Notes: generated by a model from the letters alone, not told the origin. A stretch of DNA of 64,000 bases from Kofleriaceae bacterium (GCA_965215005.1 CBDCCZ010000042.1:128001-192000); one strand, 5' to 3'. Shown: positions 36,938 to 47,760, counted from the first letter of the stretch. Numbers and translations: made by a program.

Positions 36938-37164
36938 CGCACGCGCCGGGTACGGAACGTGGCGGGGGCGCAGGTGAAACTCCTGTGCGAAGCTGAGTCG
37001 ATTTAGTCGCTTTGCGACACCAAAAGCCTCCTTCGCTGGAGTTTGCTAAAGATCGAACTTCAGTGCCGTAACATCCGCTAACAACGATTGAACAAAGCGG
37101 TTTCGTCCGCTCATCGCGCGGTGTTCGCGATTGCCATCCGTCGGCTAAATCGACCAAATCAACC

Positions 37165-37215
37165 TTGACAGCGCGACCACTCCAGTCTAGACAAAACTTA
37201 GACACGACCTCGACA
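37165..37215 (+). promoter_or_regulatory. crt operon promoter with CarH/CarA-type operator (11-bp-phased direct repeats)
   Basis: TTGACA at 37165; TAGACA 37188, TAGACA 37199, TCGACA 37210 spaced exactly 11 bp. Confidence 0.8.
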
Positions 37216-37232
37216 GGGGCCGGGGGTAAGGA

Positions 37233-38375
37233 ATGCGTTTCCAGTATGTGCTGATCGGCGGCGGCCTGCAGAACGGGCTTATCGCGCTCGCTCTTTTACA
37301 CACCCGACCCGGTGTGCGAATCGCCGTGGTCGAACGCGAGCAGCACCTCGGCGGCAACCACACCTGGTGCTTTCACGCCGGCGATGTCGACGCCCACGCC
37401 ATGGCGTTCCTCGAGCCGCTGCTCGCCTATCGCTGGGCCTCCTACGAGGTTCGCTTTCCGGCGCATCACCGAGTTCTCGAGCAACCGTACGCCGGCATCA
37501 CCTCCGAGGGACTTGACCACGTCGTGCGCGCCGCTCTGCTCGCCGCGCCCGGCTGCGCGGTCTTCACCGGCCACACCGCCACGGAAGTGACCGCGGAGCA
37601 CGCGCGGCTGGCCTCCGGCGAGGTTCTCGAAGGCGATGTCGTCGTCGATGCTCGCGGTCCCCAAGCGGGCCCCCTGCCCCGCCAAGCCGGCTATCAGAAG
37701 TTCGTCGGCGCTGAGCTCGTGCTGACCCGTCCCCATCGCCTCGAGCGGCCCATCGTCATGGACGCCACCGTGCCGCAGACCGACGGCTTCCGGTTCTTCT
37801 ATGTCCTGCCACTCGCGAGCGACCGCGTGCTGGTCGAAGACACGTACTTCTCCGACACGGCGATCCTCGATCAGCAGGCGCTTCGCACCGCCATCTTCGC
37901 CTACGCTCGCGCCGCCGGGCTGTCCGTTGCCAGCGTCGCCCGCTACGAGCACGGCGTCTTGCCGCTGCCGTGGGCCGGGGAGGCTCCCGTGATCGATCAG
38001 GGGCCACTCATCGGCGGCTATCAAGGCGGCTGGTTTCATCCCGTCACCGGCTATTCGCTGCCCACCGCCGTGCGGCTTGCGCAGCTCATTGCCGCCACCC
38101 CACCCGAGTCTCTATTTGGCGAGCCGCTGCGCGCTTTGGCGGCTGTGCAACGCAAGCAGCTCGGCTTCTGCTATCGGCTCAACAAAATGCTGTTCCGTTG
38201 GTTTCCGCCCGATCAGCGCTACCACGTGCTCGAGCGCTTCTACCGGCTGCCAGAGGCGACGATCCGCCGGTTCTATGCACTGCAGCTAACCACCGGCGAC
38301 CGCGCGCGCATCCTGCTCGGCCGCCCGCCCAAAGGCATGTCGCTCACCGCCGCGCTCGCGGCAAGGAGCTCCTGA
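37233..38375 (+). CDS. crtY: Lycopene beta-cyclase (CrtY type)
   Basis: IGGGLQNG, GGNHTWCFH, YQKFVG, MDATVPQ.DG.RFFYVLP, EDTY, FHPVTGYS, LERFYRL. Confidence 0.95.
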   Translation: MRFQYVLIGGGLQNGLIALALLHTRPGVRIAVVEREQHLGGNHTWCFHAGDVDAHAMAFLEPLLAYRWASYEVRFPAHHRVLEQPYAGITSEGLDHVVRAALLAAPGCAVFTGHTATEVTAEHARLASGEVLEGDVVVDARGPQAGPLPRQAGYQKFVGAELVLTRPHRLERPIVMDATVPQTDGFRFFYVLPLASDRVLVEDTYFSDTAILDQQALRTAIFAYARAAGLSVASVARYEHGVLPLPWAGEAPVIDQGPLIGGYQGGWFHPVTGYSLPTAVRLAQLIAATPPESLFGEPLRALAAVQRKQLGFCYRLNKMLFRWFPPDQRYHVLERFYRLPEATIRRFYALQLTTGDRARILLGRPPKGMSLTAALAARSS

Positions 38376-39385
38376 TGAAGGTGTCTGCGGTTGTCGAGGC
38401 CGAGTGTTCCCCGCTCCTGGAGCTGCTTGGCGATGAGCTCGAGCACCTCGAGCGCGACGTGCCAGCCCACCTGTGGGAGCGCGCGCTGCTCGGTCCGGCG
38501 CGTGAGTTTCTGCGCCGGCCCGGCAAACAGTTTCGCGCGTCGTTGGTGGCCTCGGCGTGGGAGCTGGCGGGCGGCGCTGCGGGTGAGCTCCCCCCGCAGC
38601 TGCCGCTCATCGTCGAGATCATTCACGCCGGCTCGCTCATCGTCGACGACATCGAAGACGGCAGTGACGAACGCCGCGGAGCTCCCGCGCTGCACCAGCT
38701 CTACGGCACCGCGGTCGCGCTCAACACCGGCAACTGGATGTATTTCTGGCCGCTGGCGCTGATTGCCCGCATGCCGCTGCCGGAGACCACGCGCGCCCAG
38801 CTCACCCGCCGCGCCAACACCACGATGCTGCATTGCCATCACGGCCAAGCGCTGGACTTAGGCGTACGGGTCGCGGATCTGACGCAACCCGAGGTAGCGG
38901 GGGTGGTGCGCGCCACGACGCGGCTCAAGACCGGCACCCTCATGGAGCTCGCCGCGGCGCTCGGAGCCACCGCAGCCGGCGCCGCACCCGAGATTGTGCG
39001 GAGGGTGGCGAGCTTTGGCCAGCGGTTGGGAATCGGGCTGCAGATGCTCGACGACCTCGGCGGCCTCACCAGCGCAAAGCGTCGCGCCAAAGGCTACGAA
39101 GACCTTCGGCTCGGCCGGGTCACGTGGCCGTGGGCATGGCTGGCCGAAACCGCCAGCGCCACCGCGTTCGCCAAGCTGCAAGCAATGTCGCGGGCGGCTG
39201 GAGAGGGCGCCGATCCCGAGCTTCTTGGCGCCAGCCTCAAGAGCGCTGTCGCCGAGCACGGCCGCCGGCGCGTGCACGAGCATCTCGCCGCGGCGCTCGC
39301 GGTGGTGGGCGAGGCTGCTCGCGACTCGGACGCCATCTCGGCGCTGCGTGCCGAGCTACATCGACTGGAGAAAAGCTATGGCTGA
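38375..39385 (+). CDS. crtE: Geranylgeranyl diphosphate synthase
   Basis: PGKQFR, HAGSLIVDDIEDGSDERRG, GQALD, KTG, QMLDD; TGATG coupling with crtY. Confidence 0.92.
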   Translation: MKVSAVVEAECSPLLELLGDELEHLERDVPAHLWERALLGPAREFLRRPGKQFRASLVASAWELAGGAAGELPPQLPLIVEIIHAGSLIVDDIEDGSDERRGAPALHQLYGTAVALNTGNWMYFWPLALIARMPLPETTRAQLTRRANTTMLHCHHGQALDLGVRVADLTQPEVAGVVRATTRLKTGTLMELAAALGATAAGAAPEIVRRVASFGQRLGIGLQMLDDLGGLTSAKRRAKGYEDLRLGRVTWPWAWLAETASATAFAKLQAMSRAAGEGADPELLGASLKSAVAEHGRRRVHEHLAAALAVVGEAARDSDAISALRAELHRLEKSYG

Positions 39386-40882
39386 GAGCCCTCGCCCGCT
39401 TCGCGCCGCCGTCATCGGCAGCGGCTTTGGAGGCCTTGCGGCCGCCATTCGCCTGCAGACCGCCGGCATTGCCACCACCCTCTTCGAGGCCCGCGACAAG
39501 CCCGGTGGCCGCGCCTATGTGTTTCGCGAGCAGGGCTTCACGTTCGATGCCGGTCCCACGGTGATCACCGCGCCGCATTGCATCGAAGAGCTGTTCACCG
39601 GCGCCGGCCGCGCCATGTCCGACTATGTCGAGCTGCTGCCGGTGACGCCGTTTTATCGGCTGGTGTGGACCGAAGACGGCGACACCTTCGACTACGACGG
39701 CGATGGCGAGCACATGCTCGCGCAAATTCGCGCCCGCAATCCGGCCGACGCCGAGGGCTATGAGCGCTTCGTCGAATACTCGCGGCAGGTCTTCGAGACC
39801 GGCTACACCAAGCTCGCGCACACGCCATTTTTGCGCTTCTCTGACATGGTCAAGGTCGCTCCGCAGCTGATCCGTTTGCGCGCCGACCGCTCGGTCTACG
39901 CCACCGTCGCCAAGTTCGTCAAAGACGAGCACGTGCGCCAGGCGCTGAGCTTTCACTCGCTCTTGGTCGGCGGCAATCCGTTTGCCACCAGTGCGATCTA
40001 CACCCTCATCCACTACTTGGAGCGCAAGTGGGGAGTGTTCTTTCCGCGTGGCGGCACCGGCGCGTTGGTTGCTGGCCTGGTGAAGCTATTCGGGGACCTT
40101 GGCGGCGAGCTGCGGCTGAGCCGTCCAGTCGAGCGCATTCGAGTGGATGCGAGCGGCGCCCGCGCCGTTCATTACGTGCACAGCGGCGATGGCGAGGAGG
40201 CGTTCGATTTAGTCGTCTCCAACGCCGATGTTCATCATACCTATCGACAGCTCTATCCCGACCATCCCGCCGCGCAGCGCACCGCCACCAAGCTCGAAAA
40301 GCTCGAGTGGTCGATGTCGCTGTTCGTTCTCTACTTTGGAACCGACCGCAGCTATCGCGATGAGGTCGTGCACCACACGGTGGTGTTTGGCCCCCGCTAT
40401 CGCGAGCTTCTCGACGACATCTTTCACGGCTCCGAGCTGCCCGACGACTTCAGTCTCTATCTGCACGCGCCAACCCATACCGACCCGACCTTGGCGCCAG
40501 CCGGCGGCGGTGCCTTCTACGTACTCTCGCCGGTCCCGCATCTGGGCAACGCAGACATCGATTGGGAGGCAGTCGCCCCGCGCTACGCGGAGCGAATCTT
40601 GACGGCGCTCGAGACGCTGATGCCGAACCTGCGCGAGCACGTGGTCGTCAAGCGATGGATGACGCCCACCGATTTCCGCGACAGCTTGCGCAGCTATCAG
40701 GGCTCGGCGTTTTCGTGCGCGCCCAAGCTCACCCAAAGTGCCTATTTCCGCCCGCACAACCGCGATAAACACATTCCCGGGCTGTATATCGTCGGCGCAG
40801 GCACGCATCCTGGCGCCGGCGTGCCGGGTGTTATCAACAGCGCCAAAGCCACTGCGGGGTGCGTGCTGGAGGACTTCGCGCG

Positions 40883-40886
<4 letters not shown>
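39378..40886 (+). CDS. crtI: Phytoene desaturase
   Basis: VIGSGFGGLA, DKPGGRA, FDAGPTVIT, YFRPHNRD, VGAGTHPGAGVPGV; start ATG 39378. Confidence 0.97.
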
Positions 40887-41828
<942 letters not shown>

Positions 41829-41848
<20 letters not shown>

Positions 41849-42407
41849 AGTATTGATCTACGTCGGCCGAATACGGCAATTCTCCCGCACCGATTGGCTC
41901 ATCTATCTCTCTTGGATCGGCACCATCTTCGGCTTGTTTGGTGCAACGAGTGGCTTCCTTCTCATTGGTCACGTCAGTGGCGTGCAATTTCCTGTGGAAG
42001 CCTGGCTCGTGCCGATTGGCGCGCTGATCTTTAGCTGCGCCATTGCACTCGACACCATTGGTCATCGCACCATTTACAAGCAAGTATTGGCTGGTGGCGA
42101 AGCACTGGTTCACCACATCACGATCTTCTGCGGTGTGGCCAGCGTGGTTCTCTTGTGCCTTGCGCACCAGCACCGCATCGCGGTGGTGCCAGCGGCCGTA
42201 TTCACCGCCCTATCCTTCATCTACAGCCTCGTAGACGAGATCTTTCACTGGCGCCGCTACACCTCGGACAAGGCCGATCGTGTCGAGATGTGGAGCCACG
42301 TGTTCATCTTGATCGGCCATGGCATCATGATGCTCGGCTGGTGGCGCTTTTATCAGCTTGGCTACGCCGGGGTCGACGAGACGCTCGCGCTATTGGCGAA
42401 GGGCTAG
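41829..42407 (+). CDS. Unknown integral membrane protein (192 aa) with duplicated Asp/Glu-His motifs, inside the crt operon
   Basis: About 5 TMs; DTIGH..EALVHH..DEIFH..EMWSH; overlaps the crtB end and stops 3 nt before the GT2 gene. Confidence 0.8.
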
Positions 42408-42410
42408 TCG

Positions 42411-43532
42411 ATGGCGCTGCAGCTGTTGCCGCTGGTTACGGTTTGTCTTGGCGCCCTGGTTTGGACCTGGCGCTTGCGCGTCCTCGCGCGGCAGCGCGTC
42501 GACACGGACAGTTCCGCGTCACCTCCGCCCACGGTGTCGATCATCGTGCCAGCGCGCAACGAAGCACACAATCTGCCGGCTTTACTGGCCTCGCTCGCGC
42601 AACTGTCGCCGCCGGCCCACGAGCTCATCGTGGTCGACGACCACTCCACCGACGGCACCGGTGCCATCGCGCGCGGGGCGGGTGCCATCGTGGTGACGCC
42701 GCAGCCGCTGCCGCCGGGCTGGCTCGGCAAGCCCTGGGCGTGCCATGCCGGCGCCAGAGCCGCTACCGGTGAGCTGCTGCTGTTTACCGACGCCGACACC
42801 GTCCACGCGCCGGATAGCCTCGGACGCGCGGTTGCCAAGCTCCAACGCAGCGGCGCCGAGCTGTTGTCGGTGGTGCCAACGCACGCGGTCGTGCAGGTGT
42901 GGGAGCGCCTGCAAGGAATCTTTCAGCTGCTTCTGTTGATCGCCTGCCGCGCTGGGTCCGAGACGCGTCATGGCGAGCGTCGCTTCAGCATTGGTCAGTA
43001 TCTGCTTTTTACTCGCGCCGGCTATGACCGCGTGGGCGGCCACGTCGCCGTGCGCGCGCGGGTGGCCGAAGATCTAGCCTTTGCGCGCCTCGTCGCAGAC
43101 CACGGTCGGTTCGCCCTGCTCTTGGCGCCGGGGTTGATGACCGTGCGCATGTATCCGGAAGGCTTCGGCGGGTTCGTGCGGGGTTGGCGGCGCAACTTTC
43201 GCGAAGGCATGGCCTCGGCGGGTCTGGCCGGGGTGCTCGAGATCGGCTTGGTCATCGGCTGGCTGCTCGGCATCCCGCTGTTTGTCGCCGAGGCCGCGAT
43301 CGTTGGCGCCAACGGCTGGCTGCTGTTCTGGATCGCGGCGTACGCGCTTACCGCGGTTGAAGTAGCCCGCCAGCAGCGCATCCTCGGCCGCTTTGGCGCG
43401 TGGAGCGCGGGGCTGTATCCCGTTTTCGTGGTGGTGTTTGCGATGATCTCCGGGTTGGCGCTCTTCGACCGGCTACGCCGCGCGCCGGTGACCTGGAAGA
43501 GCCGCACGATCTCCACCAATGGAATCGAGTGA
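42411..43532 (+). CDS. GT2 glycosyltransferase (carotenoid glycosyltransferase CrtQ/CruG-like)
   Basis: SIIVPARNE, VDDHSTDGT, GWLGKPWAC, FTDADT, AEDL, RMY; N- and C-terminal TMs. Confidence 0.9.
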   Translation: MALQLLPLVTVCLGALVWTWRLRVLARQRVDTDSSASPPPTVSIIVPARNEAHNLPALLASLAQLSPPAHELIVVDDHSTDGTGAIARGAGAIVVTPQPLPPGWLGKPWACHAGARAATGELLLFTDADTVHAPDSLGRAVAKLQRSGAELLSVVPTHAVVQVWERLQGIFQLLLLIACRAGSETRHGERRFSIGQYLLFTRAGYDRVGGHVAVRARVAEDLAFARLVADHGRFALLLAPGLMTVRMYPEGFGGFVRGWRRNFREGMASAGLAGVLEIGLVIGWLLGIPLFVAEAAIVGANGWLLFWIAAYALTAVEVARQQRILGRFGAWSAGLYPVFVVVFAMISGLALFDRLRRAPVTWKSRTISTNGIE

Positions 43533-43539
43533 GGCCGAG

Positions 43540-44442
43540 ATGCCTTCTTCCGAAACCGGCGGCAGATACCATATCGGCATGGTGTCGCGGCTCACCGGCC
43601 TCTCGCAACACACCTTGCGGGTATGGGAGCGTCGCTATGGCGTGGTCGATCCGCAGCGCACCGCGGGCGGCAATCGAGTGTATTCGGACGCGGAGGTGGT
43701 GCGCCTTCGACTGTTGCGCCAGCTCACCGCCGCGGGCCATTCCATTGGCCAGATTGCCGGCCTATCGACCGCGGCGCTGCAGCAGTTGCCAGCGCGCGAT
43801 CCCGGCGCTGGCGAGCTCTTGCCCCTCGATTTCAAGGCCAGATTTCTGGCCGCGCTCGAGCGAATGGACCTGGAGACAGCGGAGGCGATTTTGTCGCGTG
43901 CCGCCAGTTCATTTGGACCGCGCGAGCTCGTCCTCGAGGTGCTGGCGCCGATCGCCTCGGAGATCGGCGAGCGCTGGCAGTGCGGTGCGCTGCGAATCGC
44001 GCATGAGCACGCTGCCTCGGCGCTGCTGCGCAACCTACTCGGTGCCCTGATGCGCTCGCACAAGGCCGCCCCCGGCGCGCATCTGGCGCTCGCCACCACC
44101 CCCGCCGGCGAGCTCCACGAGCTGGGAGCACTGATGGCCGCGCTGCTTGCCGTGGCCCATGGCTGGCGCGTCATCTATTTGGGCCCAAACCTGCCAGCCA
44201 GCGAAATCCTCCACGTTGCTGACAAGAGCGGCGCCCGCGCGGTTTTATTGTCGGTGGTGAGCGACGAGGCGAGCTTTGGCGCTGAGCTCGCGGCCGTCGC
44301 CGAGGCGCTGCCAGCAAATACTTCCTTGATCATTGGTGGCAGTGGCGCTTCCCGCGCCGCGCCGATCGACGAAAGGGTGATCGTTGCCGAGCGCCTCATC
44401 GAGCTCGAGCCACTATTGACTCGCCCGCTCCGGGGCTCATGA
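43540..44442 (+). CDS. carH: CarH/LitR-type MerR-family B12-binding photoreceptor repressor
   Basis: MerR HTH with LRVWERRYG; W-x9-EH (WQCGALRIAHEH); B12 motif ELHELG and YLGPNLP; alternative start 43519. Confidence 0.88.
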   Translation: MPSSETGGRYHIGMVSRLTGLSQHTLRVWERRYGVVDPQRTAGGNRVYSDAEVVRLRLLRQLTAAGHSIGQIAGLSTAALQQLPARDPGAGELLPLDFKARFLAALERMDLETAEAILSRAASSFGPRELVLEVLAPIASEIGERWQCGALRIAHEHAASALLRNLLGALMRSHKAAPGAHLALATTPAGELHELGALMAALLAVAHGWRVIYLGPNLPASEILHVADKSGARAVLLSVVSDEASFGAELAAVAEALPANTSLIIGGSGASRAAPIDERVIVAERLIELEPLLTRPLRGS

Positions 44443-45227
44443 AAATCCATGCCGGCGTACCGATGCACAATGACCCGAGGTCAAAGCGGCATTCGCCCCG
44501 CGGCGCGCTCGGGCCCGACTCATCTACGTGGAGAACGATATCAGTGAGTGCTTCCGACAACGCCGATGCAAGCTCAGGGTGTGAGCTGCAACGTCGCGAC
44601 CGGCTCGGCGGCCGGCACCTGTATAGCGTTCGCGCGTGGCGCGACTGGCTTGTGTACAAAGCCGGCGGGCTGAAACGCGCGCATACGCGGTTCAACGTCG
44701 ATTCGATCGCGCCGCACATCGCCCCGGGCGCGCGCGTCATCGACATCGGTGCTTGGGACAATCGGGTGGGCGAGCAGCTCCACGAGCGCCTCGGATGCGA
44801 GGTGGTTGGTGTGGACGTGGTCGATAAAAATGCCACCGAGCTGCCGTTCCGCTGCTTCGACGGTCGCACGCTGCCCCTGCAGCCCGGCGAGCGTTTCGAC
44901 GTCGCTACGCTGCTATACGTTTTGCACCACAGCCGCGATGACCTTGCGCTGCTCACCGAAGCCAAACGCGCCGTCGGCCCCGGCGGTCGCGTGTTGGTAG
45001 CCGAGGACATGGTCGAGCACCTCGGCCAGCGCGCGCTCACCATTGGTTTTCACCTGTGGCTGTTGACGTTCACCGGCATGGGCTGGCGCGGCCGCTTTCG
45101 CCGCCTCGAGAGCTGGCACGCCCGATTCGCCGAGGCCGGGCTCGAAGTCGAGTCGAGCCACGTTCTCGGGCCGCACATGGGCCGACCGCTGTGGCCGCGC
45201 AACGTGCTCTTCGTGCTGCGCGCGTAG
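44439..45227 (+). CDS. Class I SAM-dependent methyltransferase
   Basis: VIDIGAW, VGVDV, FDGRTLP, FDVATLLYVLHH, PGGRVLVAED; start 44439 (ATGA overlap) or GTG 44544. Confidence 0.85.
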   Translation: MKIHAGVPMHNDPRSKRHSPRGALGPDSSTWRTISVSASDNADASSGCELQRRDRLGGRHLYSVRAWRDWLVYKAGGLKRAHTRFNVDSIAPHIAPGARVIDIGAWDNRVGEQLHERLGCEVVGVDVVDKNATELPFRCFDGRTLPLQPGERFDVATLLYVLHHSRDDLALLTEAKRAVGPGGRVLVAEDMVEHLGQRALTIGFHLWLLTFTGMGWRGRFRRLESWHARFAEAGLEVESSHVLGPHMGRPLWPRNVLFVLRA

Positions 45228-45235
45228 CTCGCGGC

Positions 45236-45394
45236 TCAAGGCGCAGGCGCGGAGCCGCTGGGAGCCGGCGCGGGCGACGTTGGTGGCGCGGGCGACGTTG
45301 CTGGCGCGGCAAGCTGGGTATGCGGTCCGCGCATGCAGCCGGCTTGCAGCGCCATGCTCGCTAGAACACCCACCGAAATCAGTCGATGATTCAC
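45236..45394 (-). CDS. Putative very small or truncated lipoprotein (52 aa)
   Basis: GTG start, NHRLISVGVLASMALQAGC lipobox-like, then Pro-rich repeat and stop. Confidence 0.3.
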   Translation of the reverse strand: MNHRLISVGVLASMALQAGCMRGPHTQLAAPATSPAPPTSPAPAPSGSAPAP

Positions 45395-45591
45395 CGCGCA
45401 CCGATACTGCGACGAACGAGGTGAGTCAACCGCCGGCGGCGCCGCAGCGGCTTCTTGCCACCGATTGCCAGTTAGCACGCCGCCGCGGGACTCATGACGC
45501 AGAAATCCGCCGCCCCGATGCGGGGCAAAGGCGGCAGAGTTCCGCTACTCACGCGCCCCCTTCGGCGTCTCCCCAAGCGATTGTTGCTTTG

Positions 45592-45712
45592 CTAGCGGTT
45601 CACGACTTCCGCCGTGAACCACTGGTAGCGCCGCCATGACGAAGGCGCCTGCCGCGTCTCCAATCGACTGTTTCGCTTCTAGTGATTCACGATGACCGCT
45701 GCGAGCCACTGC
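45592..45712. repeat. Two copies of the 34-bp palindromic element within degenerate direct repeats of about 87 bp
   Basis: CTAGCGGTTCACG-ACTTCCGC-CGTGAACCACTGG at 45592-45625; CTAGTGATTCACG-ATGACCGC-TGCGAGCCACTGC at 45679-45712. Confidence 0.65.
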
Positions 45713-45768
45713 TACGACAACGACGGAACCGCGCGCAGAGCGGGACGCGGTTGTTCTATGGTTAGCGG

Positions 45769-46668
45769 ATGACAAGAACATGGGTGGGGTTGGTCATCAT
45801 GACGGCTCTGATGAGCTGTCGCGGCGAGAGCGCAACAACCGAGGTCGAGCCGGCCGAGCCGGCCGCCAGCGATTCTCCCGAGCCGGCCGAGGCCGAGCCG
45901 CCGGCCCCGCCGCCCGCTGCGACGGCCCTGCGTTGCGACGAATGGCTATCGCCGGCCATGGTGGCCACCGCGTGCGGTGAGACGCTCACGCTCGCTGCCT
46001 CGGAGTTTATTCCTGACAATGAAATGAGCTGCCGCCGCCAGGGCGAGCTCACCAGCGGCGCCCGGATCGAGCTCATGATTGGCAAGGCCGAGGCCTTCAA
46101 CTGGAAAGTCACTCAGCGCAAGTTTCCCAGCACGCCCGCGGTCACCGAAGAGCGGGGCCGCAAGCTCGCGCGCGTCGGCGCCTTTCCCTATCTCATCACG
46201 GTCACCATGACCCAGCGAGGCCGAGCGAGCCCGGTGTGCGACGACGCCGAAGCAAGCGCGCTTGCCTCCGCCATCGCCGCCGCCGTGCCGCGCGGCGAAG
46301 CACCCGAGGTCGCCGCCGACAATCCTGTTTGTGCGCAGGTATTGAGAACCGCCGATCTCCAGGAGGTCTGCGGCAAAGCAATCGAGCTGCGCTCTACCGC
46401 CATGGAGGATGGCGAGTCAGTGTTTTGCAATCGCACCGGCAGCGGCGGCCTCGTCTTCATCGTCAGCCGCCACCGCGACGCCGCGACCGCCAGCCGCGGC
46501 AAGGAAGTGGCCAGCGAAGGTGGTCGAGGCAACCGCTCCGTCGCAACCCACGACCGCTATCTCGTCGAGCTCAAATCCTTCGATGACTTCGGCGAAACCG
46601 CCGCCTGCACCCAAGCGCAGCTCGACACCCTCACAACGCGCATCACCGAACGACTCGCGGCCCTCTGA
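45769..46668 (+). CDS. Hypothetical lipoprotein with duplicated Cys-containing domain
   Basis: Lipobox LMSC; Pro/Ala linker; two repeats CDEWLS...ACG...C and CAQVLR...VCG...C. Confidence 0.75.
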   Translation: MTRTWVGLVIMTALMSCRGESATTEVEPAEPAASDSPEPAEAEPPAPPPAATALRCDEWLSPAMVATACGETLTLAASEFIPDNEMSCRRQGELTSGARIELMIGKAEAFNWKVTQRKFPSTPAVTEERGRKLARVGAFPYLITVTMTQRGRASPVCDDAEASALASAIAAAVPRGEAPEVAADNPVCAQVLRTADLQEVCGKAIELRSTAMEDGESVFCNRTGSGGLVFIVSRHRDAATASRGKEVASEGGRGNRSVATHDRYLVELKSFDDFGETAACTQAQLDTLTTRITERLAAL

Positions 46669-46739
46669 GTGGGTCGTATACCGGCCGCAGAAGGCGTAGC
46701 TCCTCGCTATCCTCCATGAGAATCAGCGTTCGCCACTCG

Positions 46740-47732
46740 TCATCCTTCGTGCGCATCGACCTTCTGGCAGTCGAACTCGATGCGCAGCGCCTCGCCGGTG
46801 TCAGGATCGGTGTAGTTGCGAACCAGCGTGATCGGAAACGTCGTGGCGTCGGTTGGAATGTCGAGCTCGATGGTGCCGTAGACGTTGCGGCCATATTGAT
46901 CAAAGACGCAGTGAAACGCTTCGCTATCGGGGGCGGACTCGCACGGGCCGCTGGCGATCTCCAGCGGCTCGGGCACGCTGGTCATCAACCGGCCACTCAG
47001 CGCGGCTCCAGCGTCGCCTTCTGCCGCCTCGAGTCCCTCGAAGAACTCAAGACGCAGTGACGACGATCTTTCGGTGCGACATGCAACCACGGGCACCGGC
47101 TCCGCTTCGAGCAAATCCGCCGCGTAGAGCTCCCCCTCGCCAGGCTCGGAGACGCTGGCGATCGCCACCCGCGCGCGATAGACGCCGCTGCCCGTAAGCC
47201 GCTCGAAGTCGCCGCGAAGCGTCAAGTCCGGTCCCGTCAAGCGATCGAGCCGCGCCATCTGCCCATTCCGATCAGCGATGGTACCGACCACCGCGATCAC
47301 CGGTTGCGCCAAGTACACCGTCGCGAGCGCGTAGTCGCCGCTCGGATCCGGGCTCGACGCCATGGTGAGCGCATAGCGCGGCTCCTGGCCATCGGCGATG
47401 CGCCGCTCGGCCTGGGCCCGCAGCACCTGCAACGCCGCCGCGTCGCCCTCGAGCCGATAGCGGGTGATCCCGCCGTGCATCTCCACCCAAAAGTCGAACG
47501 AGCCATCCGCCGCCGGCGCCAGAGTTCCGGTCTGCCGTCGAGCCGAGTCTGGCAACGTTGCCGCAAACGAGATCGCCAGCGGAAACGCGGTTTCCTCTAA
47601 AGCATCGGTCTTACCGCTCGGTCGCGATGGATCAACTTGATCATTAGTGACCTGACCAGTCGAGTCGACGTCCAATAGACATCCACTCGTAGTCAAACAA
47701 AGCATTACTGCTCCCAGCTTGATGACTTGCAT
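46740..47732 (-). CDS. Hypothetical lipoprotein
   Basis: MQVIKLGAVMLCLTTSGC lipobox, GKTD motif, acidic globular body; start moved to ATG 47732. Confidence 0.7.
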   Translation of the reverse strand: MQVIKLGAVMLCLTTSGCLLDVDSTGQVTNDQVDPSRPSGKTDALEETAFPLAISFAATLPDSARRQTGTLAPAADGSFDFWVEMHGGITRYRLEGDAAALQVLRAQAERRIADGQEPRYALTMASSPDPSGDYALATVYLAQPVIAVVGTIADRNGQMARLDRLTGPDLTLRGDFERLTGSGVYRARVAIASVSEPGEGELYAADLLEAEPVPVVACRTERSSSLRLEFFEGLEAAEGDAGAALSGRLMTSVPEPLEIASGPCESAPDSEAFHCVFDQYGRNVYGTIELDIPTDATTFPITLVRNYTDPDTGEALRIEFDCQKVDAHEG

Positions 47733-47744
47733 GAAACGCCGCAA

Positions 47745-47760
47745 AGCAGCTTTGGTGCCA
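47745..47760 (-). promoter_or_regulatory. Putative sigma-54 promoter of the lipoprotein at 47732
   Basis: Minus strand TGGCACCAAAGCTGCT (GG-N10-GC). Confidence 0.45.

Noticed and set aside
36938..37232. Cobalamin riboswitch or hammerhead ribozyme near the receptor and CarH operon
   Set aside because: No recognisable B12-box (GGGAA, GCCACTG, AGCCAG.AGACC) or CTGATGA..GAAA core on either strand
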